Translations under genes and position numbers: made by a program
Notes under the pieces: generated by a model
Databases searched by the model: none
What the model was told of the DNA's origin: nothing
What the model saw: the letters and a program-made list of their open reading frames with translations, nothing else
From: Macrostomum lignano
Taxonomy: Eukaryota
Length of the DNA: 31,426 bases
Assembly: GCA_002269645.1 (NCBI GenBank)
Contig: NIVC01004919.1
Coordinates: forward strand, 1-31,426
Direction of reading: 5' to 3'
Part shown: piece by piece, positions 1 through 10,098 of the stretch
Numbering within the stretch: position 1 is the stretch's first letter
How the letters are laid out: every line of letters begins with the position of its first letter

Positions 1-168
1 TTAAATAAAGATGCAATCAATTTTTATTCCATCTGTAGACAGGAGATACAATTCTTCAAGTAATATAGTTCCTTAGGTTCCGCATCCTTCTAGTTAAGTC
101 GTCCTTGGTAGCTTCACGATGACTTTTTATGATTTGTTCCAACATAGCAACTGAACCACGCATTTCAG

Positions 169-3100
169 GTCCTCGGGCTCAGCCAGGGTTCAGTTAGCGA
201 CCTGCTTGCCAGGCCAAAGCAATGGTCGATGCTGACGCAGAAAGGTCGCGAACCGTTCATCCGAATGCGCCTATTCGTTGACGATCCGAGGCTTTGAATC
301 GCCTCATTGTCAACAATCCGCCGATGCCGTCGAGGCAGTCGGCATCATCGTTGGCAGCTTTGGCTCAACTTCAGCAGCAGCAGCAGAAGGTCTTATCGGG
401 CGCCGATCCCATTGGCACGACGCTAATGTCGTCAATCTGCGCCAATGCGGCCAGTTACCTCCCAGATAGCGCCATTGCCAGCTAGCTAGCAGCATTACGC
501 TTGACATTGACACGAAGCAGGTGTGCGACGCTGTGCTGGAGGTAAGCAATTCATAATTTATTAATTAAATTGACACCTGAATAGCTGATCCTGGGGTCAA
601 TTGACCCAATTGACACTATAATTCAATTACTGAAATTTAAACTTCACGAATTCATTCGCATATCCCCAATAAACATTTTGCTTTCCTTTTCAACAGGCAA
701 TGAATCGGAGTCAGTTGAATTACGCGCAGCTTGGCGAGTCAGTGCTCGGAATGTCAGCCGAGGCCACCGCTGAACTGATTGAGTCGCCAGTGCCCTGGAA
801 CCAGCTCAGCGCTAAGGGTCGGGAGCCCTACCTGCGGCTTAACCTGTGGCTAGCTAGTCCGGATCAGACTACTCTGTCATCTTTGGAAGGTTTGTTGCTT
901 CTTTAACAATGATCCGTTAATGCTACGTACTGCCCACCAGTCAATGTTAGATTCAGGTGCAGGATTTCTATGCTGAGACGAACAAGTCAGGGTCGCTTTA
1001 ACAGAGCAATTAGGATTAAAGTTCAAACCAGAACCCTCGAAAGGTTTTACACGTCCGAAGAGGGTTGTCAGCGTTTTTTAAAGAGCGTTAAGTTTCTTTA
1101 ATAGTCTACAAAAAAGTGCATTATTGGATTCTGAATAGTGTTTGATGTCTCGCCATGGGTCTGTCCTAAGATGTCATTGTTCAAAATGTCTATGGTAATT
1201 TACGTTAAGGCAATGACATTCAAGCAATGACCAGTCATTGTTTGAAATTGACCATAAAACAATTTACCGGGATATCATTTTAGAAAACGAACGAGTCTAT
1301 GTCATGGATGAATAATATAACTGGATCGCCAGAAGCTCGATTTTTTTGGTCCTAGCCATAGACAAGCACCAGCATCACAAGAAGCTCAGAATGCCGTACT
1401 TTCACACAGACAAATAGCCGCTGCAGAAGCTGCAAACCTTTATTTATAAGTATACTTAGTAGGATAAGTGAAAATATTGCAAATGTGAAGGCAAGCAAAG
1501 AAGAAAACGAATATGTAAAGGAATTAATGTAACGATATATACCGATTTTTTTCGGCAGCAATTGCGTAAGCTGAAGCCGCGTAGCGGCTGAAGCTTAGTA
1601 GAGCAATTGCTGCCGAAAAAAATCGGTACATGTCATTATTGTACCCTTTTGACTTCCCTTGTCTATGGCCCAGACATAGTGCGGATGCTGAGTATGAAAT
1701 GCGATTGTTGCCGGAATGCGCTTTGAAAGGGTTGTAGAGATAATCAATCGTCTATGGCAAATTTAAAGGACAGTGAAGACAGCTAGCCGGAAACCATGAA
1801 ACATGAAACACTAAAACAATAAAGTAAAACAAGTAAAACAATTGATTCGATCGGTTTGTTCTTAAGAACTTTTTGTGACTATGAAACACTTTCGCCGTGT
1901 TGCTATTGTTGTTCTTGTTTTGATAGCCAAATACATTCGTCTGAAATCCGGCAACAATCGAAAAAAGCCGACAAACAATTAAATTGTTACCGCAAGTATG
2001 AATGCCGGAAACCATAGACAAAAGGAACAATACAAAATAGACACGAAAGTAGGCAAGTAAGCAAACAAGCACGTAGACAGACAGCAAACAAACAAACAAT
2101 AAAAGGCGAAAACAAACAGCCAAATGAGTTGCAAGCAAACCGCGCAAGACAAATGAGAGTCAAGTAAAGACAATATTGATGGAAATATTGATGCCTGCAC
2201 TAGAAAATATTGATGGTTTTCTTCGGGTGCTCCATTGCTGCAAACGCTCCATTGCTGCTTTTGGAGAGCAGAAGTTGATCCTCTCAGCGAAGTCTTTGAC
2301 GTGGTTATTGAAACCACCTGTGGTATTTCGTGTCGTAAAGAAAACAGCTTGAGACCTTCAGAAGTCAACATTTGCTTTACATGTTTTAAGGTCGCTTCGG
2401 TACTTTTCCATTTTGCAACGCGTGGACCAAAAGTCTTAATCGTGCGCTTCTTGTGCTTCAGCCGCATCAACAGGCGCTGTCGGTGTTTGGTGGTGGGTCA
2501 ACTGATGTGCGTGTGGTTGCCGCGCTGCAACTGACAGGCATTGGCATCTCAAACTCACAGTCTCCAGTAGCTTCGTTTGCATAAGAGTTTGGATCGTGGA
2601 AGTCAATGAGCTCTTGCGGTTCAAGCTTAGTCCACTCAATCTTCGTAACTGCGCCAGTCATCAGTCGCTTGCTCCTCCCATGAGCCTGCATGTCTCGCTG
2701 TTCGAAGTGCAGCTCACAAAGGAACTTACGAGCTCCGAATTTGAAATGTGGCTTTGCTTTCACATTGCTGTTCCACTGCGCTAGTCGATACGGATCACCG
2801 ATTGGATAAGAAAAAAGGGTGACAGGTTTCATGCCTTGTCCACTTTTGGATAGGCATCCGATTGCAGCACAAATTCTGACGTCCTTATTCATCTCGCGAA
2901 GCCATCTTTTGCCGCCCTGCATATATTGCGAGCATGTGCTTGGACATAAAATAGAATACTTATAAATAAAGGTTTGCAGCTTCTGCAGCGGCTATTTGTC
3001 TATGTGTGAAAGTACGGCATTCTGAGCTTCTTGTGATGCTGGTGCTTGTCTATGGCTAGGATAAAAAAGATCGAGCTTCTGGCGATCCAGTTATATTATT

Positions 3101-4478
3101 CATCCATGGTCTATGTGCGTAAAATAAAATAGTCTATGGTTGTAAGTGGGGGCTTCGCCCCCACACACCATTCCCCCTTCCCACACGTATCCTGATGTAC
3201 AAATTGACCAATGAAGTTAGCTGGAAGTGAGAATTCATGGTAATGGCCATAGACATGAGCGGCGATAGCCGCGAGTATCAATTTGGCCATTACCATGTTT
3301 TCTCACTTCCAGACAGCCCCAGACAATTTAGAATCGGGTTTGTTCTTGAGATGTTTTTAAATTCGGTCTTATACTGCCAAGCACCGTCTATGACGCGGAC
3401 CCACAGAAGTCTCCGTTTTTTATTAGAAAGCTTCAGTCAAGAAAGGGGGTTATAAAATTTTATAAAATCTTAAATTTGTTTGTGGCAAGAAATGGGTACC
3501 TCTCATTTTGCCGATTCTCGTTTCGCCGATTCTCGTTTCACCGAATTTCATAACCATTTGGACATTAGACCATAGACAACTACACTAATGCAAATGTGAT
3601 TTTATTCCTCACCCTATTAGGAATATTCCAAGTTGAAAATGACAAGCATTAAATTAGTGTATTACTGTGCAGATAACTTAGAAGTCAGATAAATTGGCCT
3701 TAGCATTCATTCTACTCTTTTAATTCAATAGAAGACCTCCATTTTGAATCTCTTGAACGTTTATCGTGAATTGAAAAACTGTTCAAACTATATTTGAGCT
3801 TTAAAAGGTGAATTCAAAGTAGCATTAAGTAGTCCCAAGGTCTAGGTACACACAGATACAAACAGTGTCATAGAGAATTCGACAATATCTATTTGTTGAA
3901 TTATTCCAGCCGGATCATCTGTCCGAAACTTAACGTCGGCGGCTTCACTGACTCTCACTTCTGCACTGCCCTATAGCAACAATAACAACAACAGTAGCGA
4001 GATTTTCTCCGACGCTGCCAGCTCCGTTGATTCGCCTCAGGGCGAAGCGACTCCGAGCAAGAAGTCGCGTTACATGTTCACCGAGACGCAGAAGGCGATA
4101 CTGCTGGAGGCCTTCAGCAGGGAGCCTTATCCAGCCGTTGGCACAGTTGAACAATTGGCTAACGAATTCCGATTGCCAGTGAAAACCGTTACGAACTGGT
4201 TTCATAATCATCGGATGAGGAATAAAATTGCATCTGGTTCTGCGGCAACTCTCGGAGTCAATCGATCCTCTGAGCAGGCTGCTGCAGAGGAGGGCGATGG
4301 GCTAGATTTGCGGAAGAGTACAGCTGCACAGCAAGAGCCGAAGCAGACAGACCAACCTCAGCAGCAGCAGCAGCAGCAGCAGCATTCGAGGCGAAAAGCT
4401 AGCAAACCAGTTCGACTGGTGTCTCCAGCTGCTGCAGGTGCCAGCAGTGCTGCTAATGATGTGTCACCAACAGACTAA
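169..4478 (+). CDS. cut: cut/CUX-like homeobox transcription factor, 3' portion (CUT repeat 2 C-half, CUT repeat 3, homeodomain); exons 169-541, 697-889, 3910-4478; 5' exons lie upstream of the window
   Basis: Manual translation. Exon 169- reads [33 protein letters not shown] (CUT repeat). [12 protein letters not shown]|AMNRSQ...[20 protein letters not shown] is a second CUT repeat split by GT-AG intron 542-696. [12 protein letters not shown]...[15 protein letters not shown]...[10 protein letters not shown] is a Cut-type homeodomain (His at position 50). Intron 890-3909 is GT-AG with matching phase 1. Exon 169-541 needs two +1 corrections (near 290 and 478). Confidence 0.9.
1540..1628. repeat. 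Perfect 26-bp inverted repeat (1540-1565 / 1603-1628) with nested inner stem
   Basis: TACCGATTTTTTTCGGCAGCAATTGC and its exact reverse complement; the spacer contains TAAGCT..AGCCGC-GTA-GCGGCT..AGCTTA. Confidence 0.85.
2160..2922 (-). pseudogene. THAP domain + coiled coil + start of P-type transposase body, truncated before the catalytic domain; two frameshifts
   Basis: ORF 2467-2922 has CAAIGC...FSYP...W...LCELHFE...GAV (C2CH THAP signature). Adding one base at GG 2473-2474 joins [14 protein letters not shown]...[16 protein letters not shown]. Adding one base at TTT 2326-2328 joins [15 protein letters not shown]...RLQQW, then stop at 2160-2162. Confidence 0.75.
3221..3312. repeat. 29-bp inverted repeat (3221-3249 / 3284-3312, 2 mismatches) with GCGGC-GATA-GCCGC core
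   Basis: CTGGAAGTGAGAATTCATGGTAATGGCCA versus TGGCCATTACCATGTTTTCTCACTTCCAG. Confidence 0.8.
3500..3546. repeat. Three ~15-bp tandem units (CCGATTCTCGTTTCG-like)
   Basis: Read directly from the sequence. Confidence 0.6.
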
Positions 4479-5384
4479 AGCTGAATTGATAACTTATTTG
4501 CTATATCGTTCTCTTTCCCTCTTTCAAGTTTATTTTATAATCTGTTTCTTCAGTCCGCCTTCAAGACGTGTTAAGGACTATTTTAGCGGCATCAGCATTT
4601 TTCTACCTATCATTTTTATTAATTAATAATGTTTTTTGTTTAAAACGTCAACAAATTTCTTAACAACTTTTTGAATCATTCGTTGAATACTCAAAACTAT
4701 ATTTTGTTTTTTTTAACTTAGTTCGATTTTAACTGCTTTGGACTTTTTATAATTTATGATAATTACCTTTCGAGGTATTGTCTTCTTACTGTGAACTACA
4801 TGGCTTTGCTTATAAACGATAATTAAGTTTTATTTCTAAGCATAAAAACTTTCACTTTCTATAATGCCTTAAAGAATGACTTGCACTCACGCCGCACTAA
4901 CATTGTTTTTATCTGCACTTAGTACATGCGAACAACGATACAATAGAGAAGCCAAATAGCTGTTGACAAGTTTTAATGCGTGGATCACGGTCACTTGTTT
5001 TTTTTGTACATATTATATGGTGCTACAATAATCATTTTTTATTATACTGACCCACTACGCAACCAATTTTCTGTGCACAACTTGTACATACATTTACATA
5101 AAATTATTCTATAAACTGTTTGCATTCGTGTGTCCAATTCGTGTAGTTCTCATTACAACAAATGCGTTGCGTTGCAAAAAATCTACAAGAACAATTGAGA
5201 ATTTTTATTTCTACTCTGTAGTAAGAAAGTAGTAGAAAATTTGTTTCTGTTTACAGAGAAATTTTATTAATGGCTTGCATTGTTAAATTACCTAATTCTA
5301 TCAATAATTCGTCAAATTCTTTAAAAATTCTACTCTTACCTCCATGTGTTTGAATGTTAAGACTTATTAAGGATTGGAGGGCAA

Positions 5385-5515
5385 TTCAAACAAAGTCTAC
5401 CACGTGGCCAAATGCGCTGCTGGAAAAAAACATTTGCGGGCAAACCACGGCGGGCAATTCACTCGTGGGCAAATCTCGACGGGCAATTCACTTGCGGGCA
5501 AAATGCACTGCGCCA
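5385..5515. repeat. Degenerate ~15-bp periodic repeat (GGGCAAwt core), probably a MITE-type subterminal region
   Basis: GCGGGCAAAC, CGGGCAATTC, TGGGCAAATC, CGGGCAATTC and GCGGGCAAAA recur at ~15-nt spacing; the MITE assignment is inference. Confidence 0.55.
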
Positions 5516-5879
5516 GTCAGGCAAAACTGCAGGCTCTTCAGTGGATGTTCCTTTTTTCTTTGGAACCTTTGGCAGGACAGATCGAGCGCTGAACTCCGTC
5601 TGTCTCTTTCGCCGAGCCGTTTCGTCGGCAGCTTTCTTCAGTGCTCGCTCGACCGCAGCATGCTCAATCTCCTTTCGCCGAGCTTCAAAACCGGAGGCTT
5701 GCACAGCCTCACGCTATATTGATGACGTTCATGGCACTTAAATTGAGCACAAAATGAAACACAGCTCAGTACTTGATAAAAAGTTGAAAGGACTGGTGTC
5801 CACAAAAAATCGCAGGAAACGAGAAAAATGGACAAAATTATCGCTGAGCGATAAAAAATCGCAGTGGTGGCAACACTGC

Positions 5880-6424
5880 AGCGTGGACTTGCCTGGGCTG
5901 CCTTCCGTTCCGTGAGGGCTGTCCTGCAGTCCGAGGTCCTGCCTGACCGCCAAAGGACGGCGTTGTTCCAGGCGGTGATCGAGACTGTCCTGTTGTACAA
6001 CGCCCAGACCTGGACGCTGACGGAATCGCTCGACCAGCTGGTCGATGCGGCGCACGCTGGTCTGCTGGCGCCGCCTTCAAAATCAGCTACGAGCGAGTCA
6101 CCAATGCGGCACAGCTATCGCCGCACCAGCCTGTCCCGTCCCAGCGATATGTTGCGCCGTCGGCGACTCCAGCTGGTAGGCCATATCATCCGATCCGAGA
6201 CGTACTGCCCACAGCCGGTGCCGGAGGTGCTGCTGCTGACGCTGCAGGCACCCTACCGGCGGGGCAGGCGCGTTCTCGGCGTTTTGTTGACTGCCTGCTG
6301 GCTGACGCCGGCGCCCCGGACACTGCCGGCGGTGCGGCCTACGTTTGCGCCCCGGCCTTTAAAATGCGCCCGGTGATATTGCCCCACGCTTGACTGGCTG
6401 ACAATGTATGTTGCTGTTGTTGTT
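5880..6424 (+). mobile_element. 5'-truncated non-LTR retrotransposon (RTE/RTEX group), C-terminal ORF fragment with frameshifts and (GTT)n-like tail
   Basis: RGLAWAAF...LFQAVIETVLLYNAQTWTLT...RRRRLQLVGHIIR are typical post-RT motifs of RTE-group LINEs. Ends in GTTGCTGTTGTTGTT. No TSD found. Confidence 0.8.
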
Positions 6425-8367
6425 TGTGTCAACAGAGACAGCTGACTGACTGCAAACACATAAGGACACCACCTTACCATCCGTAACGTTCTTGTGGAGT
6501 ATTTTGTCCTCATTGTGGAGTCAATTGTGGCCGTATGCCTCGGATGAACTACTGGGAGACACTTCGTTAGAAGAAGAAAGGTGCTGTGGGTTGATTACAA
6601 CAGAACCCTCTTTGGTCGAGTTCCGCCATAGCTACAGATACGGCTATGGGAAGTTACAGATACGGAGGTTTTTAGGTAGAACATGTGGATACGGATATGG
6701 TCACAAGAACACATTTTTCATATCAAAAGTTCCCGTATCTAGTAATATAGGCCACTCAAAACCCGAGACTTAAAAAGACAATTGGAGACCTTGATCTCAT
6801 GGGTGGAGGGGCTAGACCAATAGAAATGAATCAACTATGGCCAGTTTTAAAGCTGTGTTCAGTTCCAGTTCGGTTCGAGACAGTGTTTGGTGAGCTTATG
6901 CTAAAGTAGACAAATCGAGGCTTACTTGAAAATAAAGAGATTTGCAAGAAATTATGAAAATAAAGACCTTTGAACCCAATCCGTACCAATTTTTTCCTTA
7001 TAGTTAATTTATCCGATGAAGGCTACAATTATCGGCACTAGAAACCGAACAAAAGACTCCGGCGATGATGACTCGAAAAATAAACAAAGAAAAAACTAAT
7101 AAACAAAGCTGTTCATTTGAATGAATTGCATATTGCAATGACGCAATGAAACGAACAGATGACGATGACCAATGACATATACTTAAAGCTTTTCAGAAGC
7201 TAATATCAATTTGGGCGAGTGTTATTATTAGACAAACTACCTAGTGTATAATAGTAGTAATTCACTGGGTGCGCGCACCTGTTGTTAGCACAGTAAAATA
7301 CACAAATGTTAAATTCGTCAAGCCCCGGGCTTAAGTAGGCAGAAATTTTTCAAGTCCTAACTTGTCAAAATAATATTTTTTCTTTCAGAATAAACATAGT
7401 TTTGAATGGTGCACAATAGAATCAGTTGTGTAACTTGCAGCCATAAAAACAAAACTGTTATAAATGACAAGCCATACGAAGAGTTTTTAATTAGCATATA
7501 GAACAATAATTATGATTAAGAAAATAAATCTGCAAAATTATAACAAAAAACTATAAACTACGTGTATATTATACTGCGCTAAACGCTAGTTTTATCATTT
7601 CTGAGGATCAACTACTAGAAGTAGTAGGACTGGACAGACACTTTAGTTCCTTGGAAAATTATGAGGGCTATTCACTTCTTATTGACTTAGGAACTTCTAG
7701 AGGATTCTGTTATAAAAAACAGATTATAACATCAATAGCAGTGCAGTTGTATCTCTGATCTTTTTGCTACAGAATAAAATTACTAAAAAATAATTTTCTA
7801 TTAAAACGATCAGAAAAGCGACAAACTACTACAAGTAATACTAACTGAAGAATATTAATCAATAAGATATATGAATGATAGACAAATCTTTGAAACATAT
7901 TTTAATATAGTTAGAAATAGGATTATTAAGAGGGGTGCAGAAACGACTATAAAAGCAAGAGTGCAAAAACAGGAAACACCAATGAAACACCTCATTAACA
8001 AAATAAAATTAACGATCTTTTTAAAAAAATCTGCGACACTAAGTAGACATACTTTACGTAACTTACAGTGTAGCGTTTATTCAGTTAATTCAACGGAAGA
8101 TTTTTATGTTTCATAGACTTCTGAATTCAATAACAACTGACTCGTTTTGTTAAGCCAAGCACCTTTAAAGGAAAGTGCAGTAAGCAAGTGAAGCAACTTA
8201 AGAACGACAATAGTAATCAGTTCAGTATGCTTAGGCATGATAAATTATGAGATGATGTAAAATAAACTGGGTCAGAGAGAAATTATGAAAGATATAATAT
8301 TAAAACGTCTGGGTCAACAGTGCGGTTTAACAGTCGTTGAAAACTGGTACTAATAAGATTACGTTTT

Positions 8368-8578
8368 TCACGTGATTTGTTTCAAACCGTTAGCTAATCA
8401 ACCACGTCATTTAGTTGAAAATCGCTAGCCAATCAGAATCAACCACGTTATTTAGTTGAAAATCGCTAGCCAATCAAAATTAACCACGTCATTTTAATTA
8501 AAAATTGCTAGTCAATTACAAGAATAGAATCTAGAGCCAATTAGCGCAGTCTTACACTATTAATACGAAGTATATAAG
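8368..8578 (+). promoter_or_regulatory. Candidate motif cluster: E-box TCACGTGA, two CCAAT-N9-CCACG, TGACGTGG (minus strand), CCAAT, TATATAAG
   Basis: Motifs at 8368-8375, 8429-8447, 8470-8488, 8402-8409/8484-8491, ~8536 and 8571-8578. Function is inferred from motif match only. Confidence 0.35.
8400..8522. repeat. Three 41-bp tandem units containing CCACGT and CCAAT motifs
   Basis: AACCACGTCATTTAGTTGAAAATCGCTAGCCAATCAGAATC at 8400-8440, 8441-8481 and a more diverged copy at 8482-8522. Confidence 0.85.
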
Positions 8579-8743
8579 ACAACTAATTTTCTTTAAACAA
8601 CTGGACCTTTTTATTAAGCAGCAGACCCCACAGCATCCCTCAGAAAGAAGATAATTTCACGCACAAAAACCAGGCACAATATTGTTACTGACTTAGCAAC
8701 CAAAGAAGGCAACCAGCAAAAAGTAGTTAAGCTTGGCTATAGC

Positions 8744-9700
8744 CTAAGCATCATCATCATCGTTACAGCACTTGAAATTTTTGCAAATAACGCTTTCAGA
8801 CTTGGACGGGTCTTCGTCGAACTGGGCGGCTGTCCTAGTCCCAGCCTCCGACTCTTCATCTTCGAAGTCGACTTTAAAATTCGCCGACAACAAACAAGCG
8901 GCAGGAGCAGCATCATCAACAGTTGCTAAGCCTAACTGTTGGCGAAGTTGGGCATTCTCTTTTCGCAAATTGCTCGACTTGGACTCCAACTGGTCTAATC
9001 GAGCTCTCAAACAGTCTCGCTCGCTAGTCAACCTATCGCCCTCGCGTCTGACTTTATCGAAATAGACAACAGCTCGATCTAGTACAGCGCTTTTAGGCGC
9101 GCAACAGTTAGTTGAGGCCCCATTGGAGGTGCCACTGCCAGCCATTTGGCCATTGCTGATTGGCGGCATCAGCTCGGCTAGTTGGCCAATCAGAGCATTG
9201 ATTTTATCTCGACGTCGACGTTCAACTTCGTTGTGACTTAGTCGACGATCTACTGCCGCCGCGACTGCGGCTGAAGTAGTCGAGGATGGCGCCAGGAAGG
9301 AACGACTAACAGTGGTGGCGGCGGTGCTGGCCGTGGCGGCAGCCATTGTTGCTAAGCTGACCGGCGTGGCTAGAGTTTTGCGAGCTCGTTTAACACTAGA
9401 CTTGGGCGTGGGTGCAGCCTCTAATGGAGGCGGAGGCGGCGCAGGAAGTTGAGCAAATGACGATGCTTGCTGCTGCTGCTGCTGCTGCTGAGGCAAAATC
9501 ACAACATAGATATCGCCATCAGCTCCTTGCACTAATTGGCCAGTGGTAAGCAAGCTGGTATGACGCCGCTGACCAACAGGATTGAATGGCAATGCTGGCA
9601 TTGCTGTTGCCGATCCTGATGGCAAACTGAGGTTGCTGCCGCCACTGCTGCCACCAATAAAAGCCTGCTCTTGCTGCATTAGATTTTTTATCGAAATCAT
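8744..9700 (-). CDS. USF: USF-family bHLH-leucine zipper transcription factor, single coding exon, 318 aa
   Basis: Uninterrupted ATG-to-TAG ORF. RRLSHNEVERRRRDKIN...KSAVLDRAVVY (USF-type basic/HLH with H-E-R E-box residues) is followed by heptad leucines (L..RARLDQLESKSSNLRKENAQLRQQL). Confidence 0.85.
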   Translation of the reverse strand: MISIKNLMQQEQAFIGGSSGGSNLSLPSGSATAMPALPFNPVGQRRHTSLLTTGQLVQGADGDIYVVILPQQQQQQQQASSFAQLPAPPPPPLEAAPTPKSSVKRARKTLATPVSLATMAAATASTAATTVSRSFLAPSSTTSAAVAAAVDRRLSHNEVERRRRDKINALIGQLAELMPPISNGQMAGSGTSNGASTNCCAPKSAVLDRAVVYFDKVRREGDRLTSERDCLRARLDQLESKSSNLRKENAQLRQQLGLATVDDAAPAACLLSANFKVDFEDEESEAGTRTAAQFDEDPSKSESVICKNFKCCNDDDDA

Positions 9701-9841
9701 TGTTGATTTATGGTAAATTGATCGACTTGAAACATATAGACCTTATCATTTTTAGTATATAGAATGAGTATTTTTAGTATCTAGATATTTAGATATCTTT
9801 AGAGTCTATTTAGATATCTCTATCTATCTGTCATCTGTCAT

Positions 9842-10098
9842 CTCGAGATCAATCAGTTGATTGTGAGGTCATGCAGTCAATCTTGAATATTAAAAAATAT
9901 TAAGCATCTGTTATAAAAAAATTAAAACTATTTATATATAGTTTATATAATATATAATATACTTTTAGAAACTTTTAGACCTTATCATTTTTAGGAGATG
10001 ACATATAATCATAGTCTTTGTAATCATATATATATATATATCTAGATATCTATCTATCTATCTGTCATCTATCTATCTATTAACTGATTGATCTCGAG
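9842..10098. repeat. 17-bp perfect inverted repeat around an AT-rich spacer, upstream of USF
   Basis: CTCGAGATCAATCAGTT (9842-9858) and AACTGATTGATCTCGAG (10082-10098); both are preceded by similar TATCTATCTGTCATCT blocks. Confidence 0.6.

Larger units (their letters stand above)
1303..3108 (-). mobile_element. P-superfamily-like DNA transposon, internally deleted/non-autonomous, in the cut intron
   Basis: Termini are CATGG...CCATG. TIRs 1303-1453 and 2956-3108 are near-identical. An identical 8-bp flank GTCTATGT lies at 1295-1302 and 3109-3116 (TSD). An internal minus-strand THAP ORF is present. Confidence 0.88.

Noticed and set aside
390-469. An 80-nt intron (GT at 390, AG at 468-469) that would bypass the second cut frameshift
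   Set aside because: Weak donor (GTCTTA), and it does not fix the first frameshift. A single homopolymer correction is simpler and matches the window-wide error pattern. Not fully excluded without RNA reads.
6480-8200. Short ORFs (6492-6773, 7871-8116) and small hairpins such as CCATAGC/GCTATGG at ~6627-6650
   Set aside because: No recognisable motifs, codon bias or splice structure; consistent with AT-rich intergenic DNA.
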